Positions 32,304-41,987 of a DNA stretch of 64,000 bases are shown one piece after another (the first letter of the stretch is position 1; each line of letters begins with the position of its first letter). The stretch lies in assembly GCA_963817915.1 (NCBI GenBank), contig CAWFQL010000012.1, forward strand, positions 512,001 through 576,000. Direction: 5' to 3'. Source of the stretch: an uncultured candidate division Zixibacteria bacterium. Lineage in GTDB: Bacteria > Zixibacteria > MSB-5A5 > UBA10806. The position numbers and the translations under genes are program-made. A model generated the notes under the pieces. It was not told where the DNA came from and did no database searches. It saw only the letters and a list, made by a program, of their open reading frames with translations.

Positions 32304-32996
32304 TTAAAAATTCAATTGCATTTTAATATTCGGCCCGACGGTACGTTTTTGAAAATCAACTGGTGAATATGCAATCTTTAGATTTTTGCTCAACTTTATT
32401 TCGTTGAATGATAACCCTCCCTCACGATTCATCCGCGAGGCTGTGACCGGAGCATCGATCATCGACCAAACAGCACAACCCAAGGCCACGCCAAAGCCCG
32501 TCCAGGCTACTCCGCCATTGCCATAAGGCTTGTCTATCCAAGTGCTATAAGTTCCGTAATCTACATAGGTTTCTTCTGTATATGGTAATTGCGTGAAAAA
32601 TAAAATATACCCTGTCAGGCAAACTCCAAATTGGATTGCTCCTTTAATGGGCTGATTATTATAAACCTGACCTGCTCCCGGCACCAGCCATGATAAAACA
32701 AACGCAACGGCCGGATTTTTCCTCGCAAAACCGCCTTTATTTGCGGTCACGTTCGATTGCCCGATAATTGGTTCCTTGGTGATCTTGGTAATATCGTCAT
32801 ATTTATAGACAAATATATTACCGTCTTTTGTTTGTATTTTGAGCGATTGTCCCGGTATCTGCTCAAGTATGCTGCCTCTTATAACACTGCCACTTTTCAA
32901 ATATACGACATCTTCCAATGTTTGTCCGGCCAAAACCGAAATCTGGCAAAAAAGCATGATGATAAGGATTGCGCCGATAAATCCAATGCTCTTCAT
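32304..32996 (-). CDS. Secreted/membrane protein with DVVYLKxG domain and PGxGQ (TM2/DUF5683-like) segment; paralog B
   Basis: Signal peptide, DVVYLKSGSVIRG, KNPAVAFVLSWLVPGAGQVYN, C-terminal ...KMQLNF. Confidence 0.75.
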   Translation of the reverse strand: MKSIGFIGAILIIMLFCQISVLAGQTLEDVVYLKSGSVIRGSILEQIPGQSLKIQTKDGNIFVYKYDDITKITKEPIIGQSNVTANKGGFARKNPAVAFVLSWLVPGAGQVYNNQPIKGAIQFGVCLTGYILFFTQLPYTEETYVDYGTYSTWIDKPYGNGGVAWTGFGVALGCAVWSMIDAPVTASRMNREGGLSFNEIKLSKNLKIAYSPVDFQKRTVGPNIKMQLNF

Positions 32997-33047
32997 TGTT
33001 CCTCCAAAGCCGTGCTTTTCATATCCAAACTGACAACTTACACTTCA

Positions 33048-33257
33048 TTAGAACCTATATGTCAATCTAAGGTTCGGGCATACTTATGGTTTTTTCAAAT
33101 CTGTCGGCGAAAATAAAAGTGCCAGACCTTTATGAATTGCAATTGATGAATACACCATCTTATTATTTATCTTGGTCTTGCTCGTTGGCGCGTTGATCAT
33201 AGACCAGATGGCACTACCAAGGCCGATTACCAACCCCATATAGGCGATAACAGCATT
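33048..33257 (-). pseudogene. Start-less C-terminal remnant of a third paralog with one internal stop
   Basis: Translates NAVIAYMGLVIGLGSAIWSMINAPTS...FSPTDLKKP*VCPNLRLTYRF*, aligning to NAAIAWSGFAVGFGMHVWSMIDAPVT...YSPVDFQKRTVGPNIKMQLNF. Confidence 0.7.
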
Positions 33258-33295
33258 CTCGCGGGGTCAAGAATCCTTTCCTGACCCTTGCTAAA

Positions 33296-34000
33296 TTAAA
33301 AATTCAATTGCATTTTAATATTCGGCCCGACGGTACGTTTTTGGAAATCAACTGGTGAGTATGCAATCTTTAGATTTTTGCTCAACTTTATTTCGTTGAA
33401 TGATAACCCGCCCTCACGATTCATTCTGGACGCCGTAACAGGAGCATCTATCATTGACCAAACATGCATTCCAAATCCAACCGCAAATCCTGACCAAGCG
33501 ATCGCGGCATTGCCCTTATCCTCAGTACCCCAATAGCCATAATCATATGTATCATAGTAGTTATATTTCCAGACTTCTTCCGTCCGAGGCAATTCTACAA
33601 TGAATAAGGTATATCCGACTATTGCACCGGCCAACTGCAAAATTCCCTTACCGGTTTGCCCATTATACATCTGGCCAACTCCCGGAACCAGCCAGGAAAG
33701 CACGAATGATATCGCGGGGTTTTTATAACCGGCTGGCCTATTAGTCAACGGTCTATCATTTCTTGTCCCGGGGGGCGACTCTTTAGTAATTTTTTCTACT
33801 TCGTCGATTTTATATACAAAGACATTTCCGTCTTTGGTCTGAATCTTCAGAGTCTTGTTTGGGATTTGCTCCGTGATTATTCCCCTGATAATGCTGCCAT
33901 TCTTCAAATAAACTACATCATCTAATGATTGCCCGATGCCAATTACAAACGGCATAGCTACCAAAATCGCCAGAAAGAAAATCACTAACGATTGCTTCAT
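33296..34000 (-). CDS. Paralog A of 32304-32996
   Basis: GGGAGG RBS; same motifs; C-terminal residues identical to paralog B from VWSMIDAP to the stop. Confidence 0.78.
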   Translation of the reverse strand: MKQSLVIFFLAILVAMPFVIGIGQSLDDVVYLKNGSIIRGIITEQIPNKTLKIQTKDGNVFVYKIDEVEKITKESPPGTRNDRPLTNRPAGYKNPAISFVLSWLVPGVGQMYNGQTGKGILQLAGAIVGYTLFIVELPRTEEVWKYNYYDTYDYGYWGTEDKGNAAIAWSGFAVGFGMHVWSMIDAPVTASRMNREGGLSFNEIKLSKNLKIAYSPVDFQKRTVGPNIKMQLNF

Positions 34001-34135
34001 AAGTCCTCCCATTGCGGCATTTTGCCGTTTAATTTGCATACTTATTAAAATTTCAAATACAAATAAGGCAATAACATAGCCTGATTAAATAGACTATAAT
34101 TACCTAAATTAGTCAAGAAATTTATTTCTATGCAT

Positions 34136-35131
34136 GGTCGGGTCTCCTACACGACCGACCGGTATCTTTTTATCCCTGTGCGGTCGGGTTGTCAGACCCG
34201 ACGGCCATCCAATTTTATTTTTTCCTGGTGGGGTCGGGTCGCCGTACCCGACCGCAAAGTGCATGTTTGGATATTATCCCTTCAGCGCCGGCGACGCCTC
34301 CCGTAATGCCTTGAAAAACTCCGGGATTTCGCTATCGAATATCATGATTCTGCTTTTCTGATATTCTCCGTCAACCTTCTTCGATTCGCACATACTTAGG
34401 TATTTACTGCCATTTGATGCTTCGCGGACATCGATAAAATACATTCTCGTCTTGGCCTTGATCGAGGCCGAAAATAACGATTCTTTTCTCTCTGGCATAA
34501 TTCCTCCATTGTTTAAATGCCTTTCAGTTCATCTTATAATCTGCATTTTCCCGCTGTCAGCCTGAGTAGGTTGCGATTCCGAATCCGCCGACAGCCGGAT
34601 GAGAAACCCGACATCATTCAGCCCGGCTTTCGTGTGGTCGGGTCTCCGCACCCGACCATTCCTATGCTATCGCGTCGCTTGACTCGACTACTAATCACCT
34701 CCGGGCGGCAGTCGTCCACGACTGCCCCTCACCTGTCATTCCCCATCCGTCGGTCGCCGGACTCAAGAGAGCTCGATGCGGAATCCATCTTGTTTTTCTT
34801 TCCTTTCTTTCTCGTGCGGTCGGGTCTCCGCACCCGACCGTTACAGTGTCCTATTCTCTCGCCACCGCCATAATCTAATATCCACCACTGTCAGAACCTG
34901 TCAGTGAAATTTCAATTATTTTAAAAAATTTTGGTTTGCTCTCAGGATGCCCGGCGCATTTAATTGCGTTTCGCAGTTTACTGCGACCGCACCGCACCTT
35001 GCGGTCAAAGCAAGCTTTGACACGCAGATAATTCTCGTGCAATCGGGTCTCCGCACCCGACCGTTTCTGTGCCCGCTCCTCCCGCCACCGCATAATCTAA
35101 TATCTCCCACTGTCAGAACCTGTCAGTGAAA
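34136..35131. repeat. Cluster of REP-like palindromes plus a ~100-bp direct repeat
   Basis: GTCGGGT-N-ACCCGAC-type hairpins at about 34136, 34181, 34231, 34636, 34817 and 35043; other palindromes (GGCAGTCGT/ACGACTGCC, TCGCAGT/ACTGCGA, GTCAAAGC/GCTTTGAC); direct repeat 34809-34909 vs 35032-35131. Confidence 0.8.
34274..34498 (-). CDS. PUR/DUF3276-like small ssDNA/RNA-binding protein
   Basis: GGAGG RBS; FSxxIKAKTRMYFIDV...YLSMCESK...RIMIF pattern. Confidence 0.8.
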   Translation of the reverse strand: MPERKESLFSASIKAKTRMYFIDVREASNGSKYLSMCESKKVDGEYQKSRIMIFDSEIPEFFKALREASPALKG

Positions 35132-35149
35132 ATGAAGAAAGCTGAAAAT

Positions 35150-36480
35150 TTATTAAAATATTTATTCTGGATAATGAAATATATTTGGCGTTATATTGTA
35201 GTTAAATTGACAGTAGGAGGAAATATTGCCCCATCCAAATATTGACCCGAACAGCGTTCGTTTAGGATGCATAATGTCTGAAGACCCATTAGATGATTAT
35301 ATTTACGCAATACATCCTCAATCACTTGCTTTCAGTTACAAAGATTATGACAACATTGGAATGAAAAGCTGATACAAGCTAATGCGATTATAGTCTGTTT
35401 GGAGAGCAAAATATTGACGATAATAATCGGAGAGCTATATTAATCACTAAACTGGCCGGAATTATACCATGATAGCTATAGTTATTAACGGCGATGCAAA
35501 TTATGCGACGATGCATTGTATTATCCTATCATTTGTGGTTTTAATTGAAACGAGATTTGTCAAGGCATTCAGATTATGAAATGCGTAACTTCCATCAAAT
35601 TATGGGGGTGCAGAAGTGAGGTAATAGTAAACCTCGCAAATACGTTAAGTTCTCGTCTACAGGAGAAATGATGGCAATCGAGTCGTTTCGAGAGCGCGGA
35701 TTCTCCTCATCCAAATTTCCTGAATTATCGACGAAAGAGGCATTTTATGACCTTCACGGAACTGTTACGTAATGTATAAAGCTGACTGTCGACCCAAATA
35801 AAATAATTCGACCTTGGGTATTTCATATTTCTTTCTAATTGGAGCGATTGTCTAATTATTATTTGAAATAGGTGCTATGCCAAGCAGTTTTACATCATGT
35901 GGAAGTCGTCGATAAGGACTTTTCACCAAGGTGATTGTCAAGGCAAATTGCTCACCTAATTGACCTTTATCTCAGACAGCCTTTCAACTGATCATACATT
36001 TATATTGTACACATCATTAAGATCAATTGCGTGAAAAGTGGAATAGAGATGTAAGAGATTTATCAATGCAAGGTGATTCAACACTTTTTCCAATATCTGA
36101 AAAGGATATTGAGTCCATAAAGCTGATAGTAACACCTCTTGAAACGAAAATAGTAATAATTATTACGAGATAGATATTCGGACCTGGGTAATGGAAACTG
36201 GCACAGCTTGATTTACCGGCTATTTAGGATTTCTCAAAAAGCTTTTGAATGTGTGGCTAGTGCCAATGATAAAAACTAAAATAGGACCACCAATCGCTTC
36301 ATGAGTAATTATTACAGGTGCACCTATATCGGGACAAACTATTAGTCATAAAAACCGTCCTTATTCTTAGGGAATTACAAGATGATCCCAGGTCCTACTA
36401 TTCATTTACAGACTTTCCAGACTAACCTGAATTGAGGTCACTTTAGCGAATGCTTTTCCGCGGTTTCTTGAATCCCTTCC
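35150..36480. other. AT-rich tract with no ORF of 60 aa or more; probable decayed or poorly sequenced gene
   Basis: Empty in ORF track; AGGAGG at 35215-35220 precedes a short TTG-started plus-strand frame that stops after about 48 codons. Confidence 0.4.
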
Positions 36481-36568
36481 AGCCCCATCCTGTCAGCCAT
36501 CATTCCTCATTTCCACTTTAATCTTGCCAAAAATGCCATCCCTGTTTATCTTGAAATTAGAGTCTTTT

Positions 36569-36641
36569 GGGGCAGTAGCTCAGCTGGGAGAGCGGTACGT
36601 TCGCAACGTACAGGCCGGCGGTTCGATCCCGCTCTGCTCCA
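36569..36641 (+). tRNA. tRNA-Ala (anticodon CGC)
   Basis: Acceptor GGGGCAG/CTGCTCC+A with G3:U70, anticodon arm GTACG-TTCGCAA-CGTAC, GGTTCGATCC T-loop; CCA not encoded. Confidence 0.96.
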
Positions 36642-36648
36642 TTTAAAT

Positions 36649-36943
36649 TATCGTGCTAGGCGGGGAGCTAGCGGTGCCCTGTAACCCGGAAACCGCTATA
36701 CCGGGGTTGAATTCCCATCGGCGGGCCCGAGACTTGAGAAATTTGCCCGGCCGGAAACGTCCAATGATGGCCTCAAAAACTGTCAAAAGGACCAGATCCC
36801 GCGCAACGGACGACCGTCCAACCCCGTCAGGACCGGAAGGTAGCAGCGGTAAGCGGTAACGGCGTGTGCCGCGGGGAAGTCTGGCCCCAGTGAATGGCCG
36901 GATCGAATCCTCGAGGCGACGGAACAACGATGGGTGCACGTTT
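36649..36943 (+). ncRNA. ffs: Large (Alu-containing) bacterial SRP RNA
   Basis: 5' CGTGCTAGGCGGGGAGCTAGCGGTGCCCTGT Alu domain, helix 8 GTCAGGACCGGAAGGTAGCAGC, 3' GGGTGCACG closing helix; lies upstream of dnaX. Confidence 0.93.
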
Positions 36944-36967
36944 TATTTTTTGATACGATAGGGGAAA

Positions 36968-38642
36968 ATGTCTTACTTAGCTTTGGCAAGACGATATCGA
37001 CCCGGTGACTTCGAGAATATTCTCAGCCAGCACCATGTCACCACTACGTTCAAGAATGCGGTCAAGAGCGGCCGTATTTCGCATTCGTATCTTTTCTGCG
37101 GCCCGCGCGGCACAGGGAAGACCACGACCGCCCGCGTCCTTGCCAAGGCCCTAAACTGCGAAAAAGGCCCGACACCGGAGCCCTGCGGTCAATGCAATGT
37201 CTGCAAGGAAATCACCATGGGCTCGTCGCCCGATGTTTTCGAGATCGACGCCGCCTCCAATCGCGGTATCGATGATATCCGCGACCTGCGCGAGAATGTC
37301 CGTTACGCGCCGGTGGGGGGAAAGTACAAGATCTACATCATCGATGAAGTTCATAGATTGACCAAAGAAGCCTTCGATGCGCTCTTGAAAACATTAGAGG
37401 AGCCGCCATCTCATGTCATCTTTATATTCGCGACAACTGAACCACAGTCTCTTCCGGCAACTATTCTTGTCGCGCACTCAGCGATATGATTTCAAACGGA
37501 TTCCCGATCACATCGTTGGCCGAGGCGGTCAACTCTGTAGCTTTGAAAGAAGGTTTAGAGATTGATCCCAACGCCGCCCTGCTGATAGCCAAAAAGGCGG
37601 ATGGGTCATTCAGAGATGCCTTGTCACTTCTTGATCAGCTTTCGAGCTTCTCCGAAAAACGGATCGATTCCGATCTCGCCGCGGAAATACTTGGGTCTGG
37701 TGAAAACGGAATTACTGCAGAGTATTTCCGAGGGAATTATCAATCATGACGTCAGGCAGACACTTGGACTTTTCGCGCAATTATTCCAATTCCGGCGGCG
37801 ATTCGCAGGAATTAGCCGAAGCCTTGTCCGGATATTTCAGAAGCCTTCTGCTGATAAAAAATGGTGTCGATGATGTCGAGATTTTGGCTCTGGACAAAAC
37901 CGAAATCGATTCGGGCAAGACCTTGCTTGGCGATATCGATACTGTCGATCTACTTAGATATTTTACCGCCTTCGCCGATTACAAGGGGATGGTCAGGCAA
38001 GGTCAGGACCCCGATTATTCGTTCGAGATGACTTTGGTCAAAGCCTGTTCGATGGACAGGGCTGTAGCATTGGATGCGATATTGAGAAAGATACCATCTG
38101 CGCCCTCCACAGCCAGTCAAACGGCATCATCCAGGACTGCGCCTGCGAGATCGCCGTCTGCTCCTCGTAAAGAAGCGACTTCTCCATCTGACGAGATACC
38201 CAGCGGCCCTGAGCCTGAAATGTCTGATAATATCGATTCGTCAATTCCGCTTGAAAATGGTGTCTCAGCCAATTCTGGTTCTATCGGTGACCAATGGAAG
38301 GACTTGTGCCAGTTTATTTTCAAACGAAGTAAGCCGTTATATGCCTTATTCATGATAGGCAAGCCACTCAAGTTGGAGGATGGAGTTCTGACAGTACAAT
38401 TCGAATCGGATTACAATTACCAATATGAGCAGCTTTCCCTATCTGAAAAAAGACAAGCGCTCGAGGAATCCCTGAAGGCCTTCTTCGGCACACCAACGAA
38501 AGTAAACCTGATTAAAGGAACTTCGTCCAATCAGAATAATGTTAATAAGAAGAGCGCCAATGACTCAAAAAATATTTTCGAGGGAGCCCCGGGCGCCAAG
38601 AAGCTTTTTGATCTGTTGGGGGGCGAAATTACAGGTCAATAA
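36968..38642 (+). CDS. dnaX: DNA polymerase III subunit gamma/tau (four single-base insertions near 37467, 37504, 37691, 37786)
   Basis: [42 protein letters not shown]; downstream fragments join after removing one base at each site. Confidence 0.93.
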
Positions 38643-38701
38643 GCAATGGGGGAGTTTTTAATATGCATGAATATTTTTTAAAATTAATTAGAGGAGCGTA
38701 T

Positions 38702-39019
38702 ATGGCTAAAGGCCTCGGTGATTTGATGAAGCAGATGCAGGCCATGCAGGCTAAAATGGAAAAGATGCAGGAAGAGTTGGCTGATAAAAGGATCGAGGCC
38801 TCGTCCGGCGGCGGCATGGTCAAAGTTGTCGCCAATGGCAAACAGGAAATTCTCGAAATTAAAATTGATCCTGAAGTCGTAAATCCTCAGGAAGTCGAAA
38901 TGCTGGAGGAACTCATCCTGGCCGCGGTAAATCAGGCCAAAGAAAAGGCTTCAGAGCTTCAGATGGAAGGCCTTTCCGGCTTGACGGGCGGATTGAAAAT
39001 ACCCGGTCTGCCGATGTAG
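38702..39019 (+). CDS. ybaB: YbaB/EbfC nucleoid-associated protein
   Basis: MKQMQAMQ, SSGGGMVKV, EMLEELILAAVN; between dnaX and recR. Confidence 0.93.
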   Translation: MAKGLGDLMKQMQAMQAKMEKMQEELADKRIEASSGGGMVKVVANGKQEILEIKIDPEVVNPQEVEMLEELILAAVNQAKEKASELQMEGLSGLTGGLKIPGLPM

Positions 39020-39026
39020 TAGCGGT

Positions 39027-39617
39027 ATGCCGATAGCATTAGATGAACTCATAATTGCCCTATCCTCCTTACCAGGCATTGGTAAAAAAAGCGCTGCCCG
39101 GTTGGCGTTTTATCTGCTCAAACGACCCCCCGAGGAATCGGCGGAACTTGCCCAACGAATTATCAAAGCCAGACAGATATTAAAACCTTGCACCAATTGC
39201 GGAAATCTCGCTGAAGACGATCTTTGCGATATTTGTGCTGATAACAGTCGAAATAAATCGGTTGTTTGCATTGTCGAGGAATCATCCGATGTCGCCGCCA
39301 TCGAATCGACTAATGAATACAGAGGAGTCTATCATGTTCTTTGGGGCGCGCTGTCTCCATTGGATGGAGTTGGCCCCGAGAATCTAAATCTCTATACATT
39401 GAAAAATAGAATTAAATCCGGTGTCACCGAAGTAATTATTGCCACCAACCCTTCCACGGAAGGCGAGGCGACATCTTCTTATATTTCCGCAATTCTAAAA
39501 GATACCGGTGTCAAGATTACTCGCATTGCTCGCGGACTTCCTGCGGGAGGTTCGCTCGAATTTGCCGATAAGACCACGCTTTCGCGAGCCATGGAAAATC
39601 GTACCTCGATAGAATAA
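39027..39617 (+). CDS. recR: Recombination mediator RecR
   Basis: LPGIGKKSAARLA, C4 zinc finger, YHVL-G-LSPLDG, ATNPSTEGEAT, RIARGLP. Confidence 0.96.
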   Translation: MPIALDELIIALSSLPGIGKKSAARLAFYLLKRPPEESAELAQRIIKARQILKPCTNCGNLAEDDLCDICADNSRNKSVVCIVEESSDVAAIESTNEYRGVYHVLWGALSPLDGVGPENLNLYTLKNRIKSGVTEVIIATNPSTEGEATSSYISAILKDTGVKITRIARGLPAGGSLEFADKTTLSRAMENRTSIE

Positions 39618-39632
39618 TCCATATATACCAAT

Positions 39633-39681
39633 TTTGCGGCAGGTCGGGTGCCGGCTGAAGCCGGCTTTGACCTGCCGCAAA
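39633..39681. repeat. Nested REP-like hairpin
   Basis: TTTGCGGCAGGTC / GACCTGCCGCAAA enclosing GCCGGCT-GA-AGCCGGC. Confidence 0.6.
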
Positions 39682-39787
39682 TCCTATCCGATTCAGAGAA
39701 AAAAATAACCTCCATCGGGAGGGACCATAATGGAGGTTATTCCTGTTACGCGTTTCAGGTAATTTCACTTGGAGCGCGTATACCCTG

Positions 39788-40231
39788 TTATCTAACTGCT
39801 AATTCGGCCTCCATGTGGATCATCATGGATTCTACTGTAACCAATTGCTGAAATTTGCTGAGCTGACCCATGTCCAGAATTGTACGAGCCCGTACAATCG
39901 CCTCTAATTCGGCAATCTTATAATTGGCGAGGAAATCGTAGTATTCTTTCACCAGGCCCTGGACCGCGATACTGTTCATGTCGGTCCAATTGGATGTGAA
40001 TTTTTCGATTTCGGCCAATCTGATATCTGCCTGCACCTTTGCGTCCATCAGCTTCTGCTGTGTGGTCTTTTCAATGATCTCCAATTTCTTAACCTGGGAG
40101 TCGGTTAACGACAACGATGTCCTATATTCAAGTATTTTTGTTACTTGAGTTTTGGGGAGATCAACGGCCATCGATGCAGTTGCGAAAATCATTACCATGG
40201 CCATCGCGATTCCTATTGTTTTTCTCAACAT
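39788..40231 (-). CDS. Secreted helical protein, Spy/CpxP-like
   Basis: CAGGAGG RBS, signal peptide, LSLTDSQ motif and C-terminal ILDMGQ. Confidence 0.6.
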   Translation of the reverse strand: MLRKTIGIAMAMVMIFATASMAVDLPKTQVTKILEYRTSLSLTDSQVKKLEIIEKTTQQKLMDAKVQADIRLAEIEKFTSNWTDMNSIAVQGLVKEYYDFLANYKIAELEAIVRARTILDMGQLSKFQQLVTVESMMIHMEAELAVR

Positions 40232-40480
40232 TCTAAACCTCCTGTTATTGGGATTTTGTTTTATTTGACTTATCGTGTTCGGCTTATTATCTTTTTGAAC
40301 ATAGAGGGCATTTAACGAGTTCTCCTGCTTGGGGTCTCTGATCTTCCGGATTAATATGGCGGCCAACCAATTTTGCGGAAGACCAAAGCCCTCTTTTTTA
40401 TTTCACACCTTGATATACGGAAAATAAAAATGGCGGTTTCATTTATCTTGAAACCGCCATTATTAATAAAAATTTGCTAC

Positions 40481-40877
40481 TTATGCTTTGATGCTAACTA
40501 AAATCACTCCTAATAAAATCAATACCAATCCTGCCCATTTTATCGCGCCGAATGGTTCTTTGAGCCATATAAATGATACCAAGCACTACTAAGGCGTATC
40601 CGGTGCTCATCAAAATCGGATATGCGACCGACAATTGAGTTTTCGAAAGAACCACTATATAGCCCGCCACCGATGATACATATCCAGCCAGCCCAATCAG
40701 CACAAAAATATTTGTTATCGAGGCGATTCCAAATTCGGTAATGCTCCTTGATCCCATTACGCCGACCTGGTTCATTCCAATTTTTAGAAATACATGTCCG
40801 CAGACATTCAAGGCGATGACAAATATCATGAGAATTATAAACATGGTTTTCCAGTTCCGCTTAGATTGTGTTTTCAA
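40481..40877 (-). CDS. SMR/EamA (ArnE/ArnF-like) small membrane transporter; frameshift near 40581
   Basis: FLKIG, LSVAYP; removing one base restores ...VLVSFIWLKEPFGAIKWAGLVLILLGVILVSIKA*. Confidence 0.75.
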
Positions 40878-40886
40878 TTTATATTG

Positions 40887-41975
40887 TTAATAAGATTTGA
40901 ATAAGGCTCCCCATTCGCTGGTTTTGAGCCAATTGTTGAAGATCTTCTTGCCCTTGAATGGATACCACAACCTGTCATGATAAAATGCCGATGCGAATAC
41001 GAAAATATAGACCAACGGAGTATGGAATAACAGTTTTTGGAAAATCTTCAATGGAGAAAACCAGAAAATATCACCAGCCTTGGACGCCAGATTATCGCCT
41101 ACAGTGAACCCGAAATTGACTTTGGAAATATCCTCACCCCGAATTTCGATCTCTTCGATTCTTCCGCATCCCAGGCCAGCCTCATGGGCGATTCTGATAA
41201 AATGAATCTTCATGGGATCAAATCCCATCATCTTGGCCGCGACAGCGTCGATCGCCACCTGATCGGATGAGGCTAATATATAATCTTTGATATGCGGCGT
41301 CATGGTGCGAGGGCCGGGCCCGGAGGCCGCGGTAGTGCCATCCATGAATGCGAATATCCCCGGATGAATCTCCTTTTGGATCGCAAGCAAATCAACCAAA
41401 GTCTTATGAATTTCCGAATGAGTGTAATGCCGCTTGGTGGAAAGCAGCCCGCCGAATGCGTTTTTCATCGAGCCGGTTGTAGTAGTATAAATATGAGTCT
41501 TCATTGTGGGTAAATGGACTATATTTTTGCCAATCATAAATTCCGGAATTTTAATTCCTTCGGAAAAGATCCTGTCAAGAACCATCATCTTTGCTTTGGG
41601 AACATATCGTATCCATTTTAAATCATTCGGGTCATTATTATATCGTTCGGGAATACCGTACTTTTCATATATAGGCTTAAGCTTAAGCAGCCTGCCGCCA
41701 AGATATGGATCGGTCACGACTGTATTATTATGGACTGCGGCCAAATCTTTTAGCCCGGCTGATTGCAGCGATTTTATTGTCCCTTCTAATTGCCAGGGGA
41801 CCGTGTTGGCTCCCGGGAATGGCAAATGCCAGGAAATATTATCTTTCAGGATCGTGGTTTTATCCGCGGGAAGCGCCTGCTTTATCCCGGCCAGTTCGCC
41901 TAATTTTATATAATCAGCAATCACATTCTTCGGATTGGTTTTTAAAATCGATACGACAGATTTAAGTGAATTCAT
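40887..41975 (-). CDS. DUF362 domain protein
   Basis: LKDNISWH, PWQLEG, LPTMKTH, GSMKNAFGG, DQVAIDAVAAKMMGFDP. Confidence 0.8.
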   Translation of the reverse strand: MNSLKSVVSILKTNPKNVIADYIKLGELAGIKQALPADKTTILKDNISWHLPFPGANTVPWQLEGTIKSLQSAGLKDLAAVHNNTVVTDPYLGGRLLKLKPIYEKYGIPERYNNDPNDLKWIRYVPKAKMMVLDRIFSEGIKIPEFMIGKNIVHLPTMKTHIYTTTTGSMKNAFGGLLSTKRHYTHSEIHKTLVDLLAIQKEIHPGIFAFMDGTTAASGPGPRTMTPHIKDYILASSDQVAIDAVAAKMMGFDPMKIHFIRIAHEAGLGCGRIEEIEIRGEDISKVNFGFTVGDNLASKAGDIFWFSPLKIFQKLLFHTPLVYIFVFASAFYHDRLWYPFKGKKIFNNWLKTSEWGALFKSY

Positions 41976-41987
41976 TAAAACCTCGAT

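Noticed and set aside
32304..33470. Diversity-generating retroelement TR/VR pair (also considered for 24380 vs 29095)
   Set aside because: Differences are mostly synonymous and not adenine-specific, both copies are within genes, and no reverse transcriptase is present.
34136..35131. CRISPR array
   Set aside because: Repeats are degenerate, irregularly spaced and interrupted by a gene; no cas genes.
35150..36641. tRNA-integrated genomic island
   Set aside because: The AT-rich tract is on the 5' side of the tRNA; no integrase or duplicated tRNA end was found.
36643..36989. Three short ORFs in the track
   Set aside because: They overlap the SRP RNA and have no protein-like features.
37460..37800. 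Programmed dnaX frameshift producing gamma
   Set aside because: Four breaks fall inside the conserved clamp-loader domains, lack a slippery A-run, and match the window-wide insertion error pattern.
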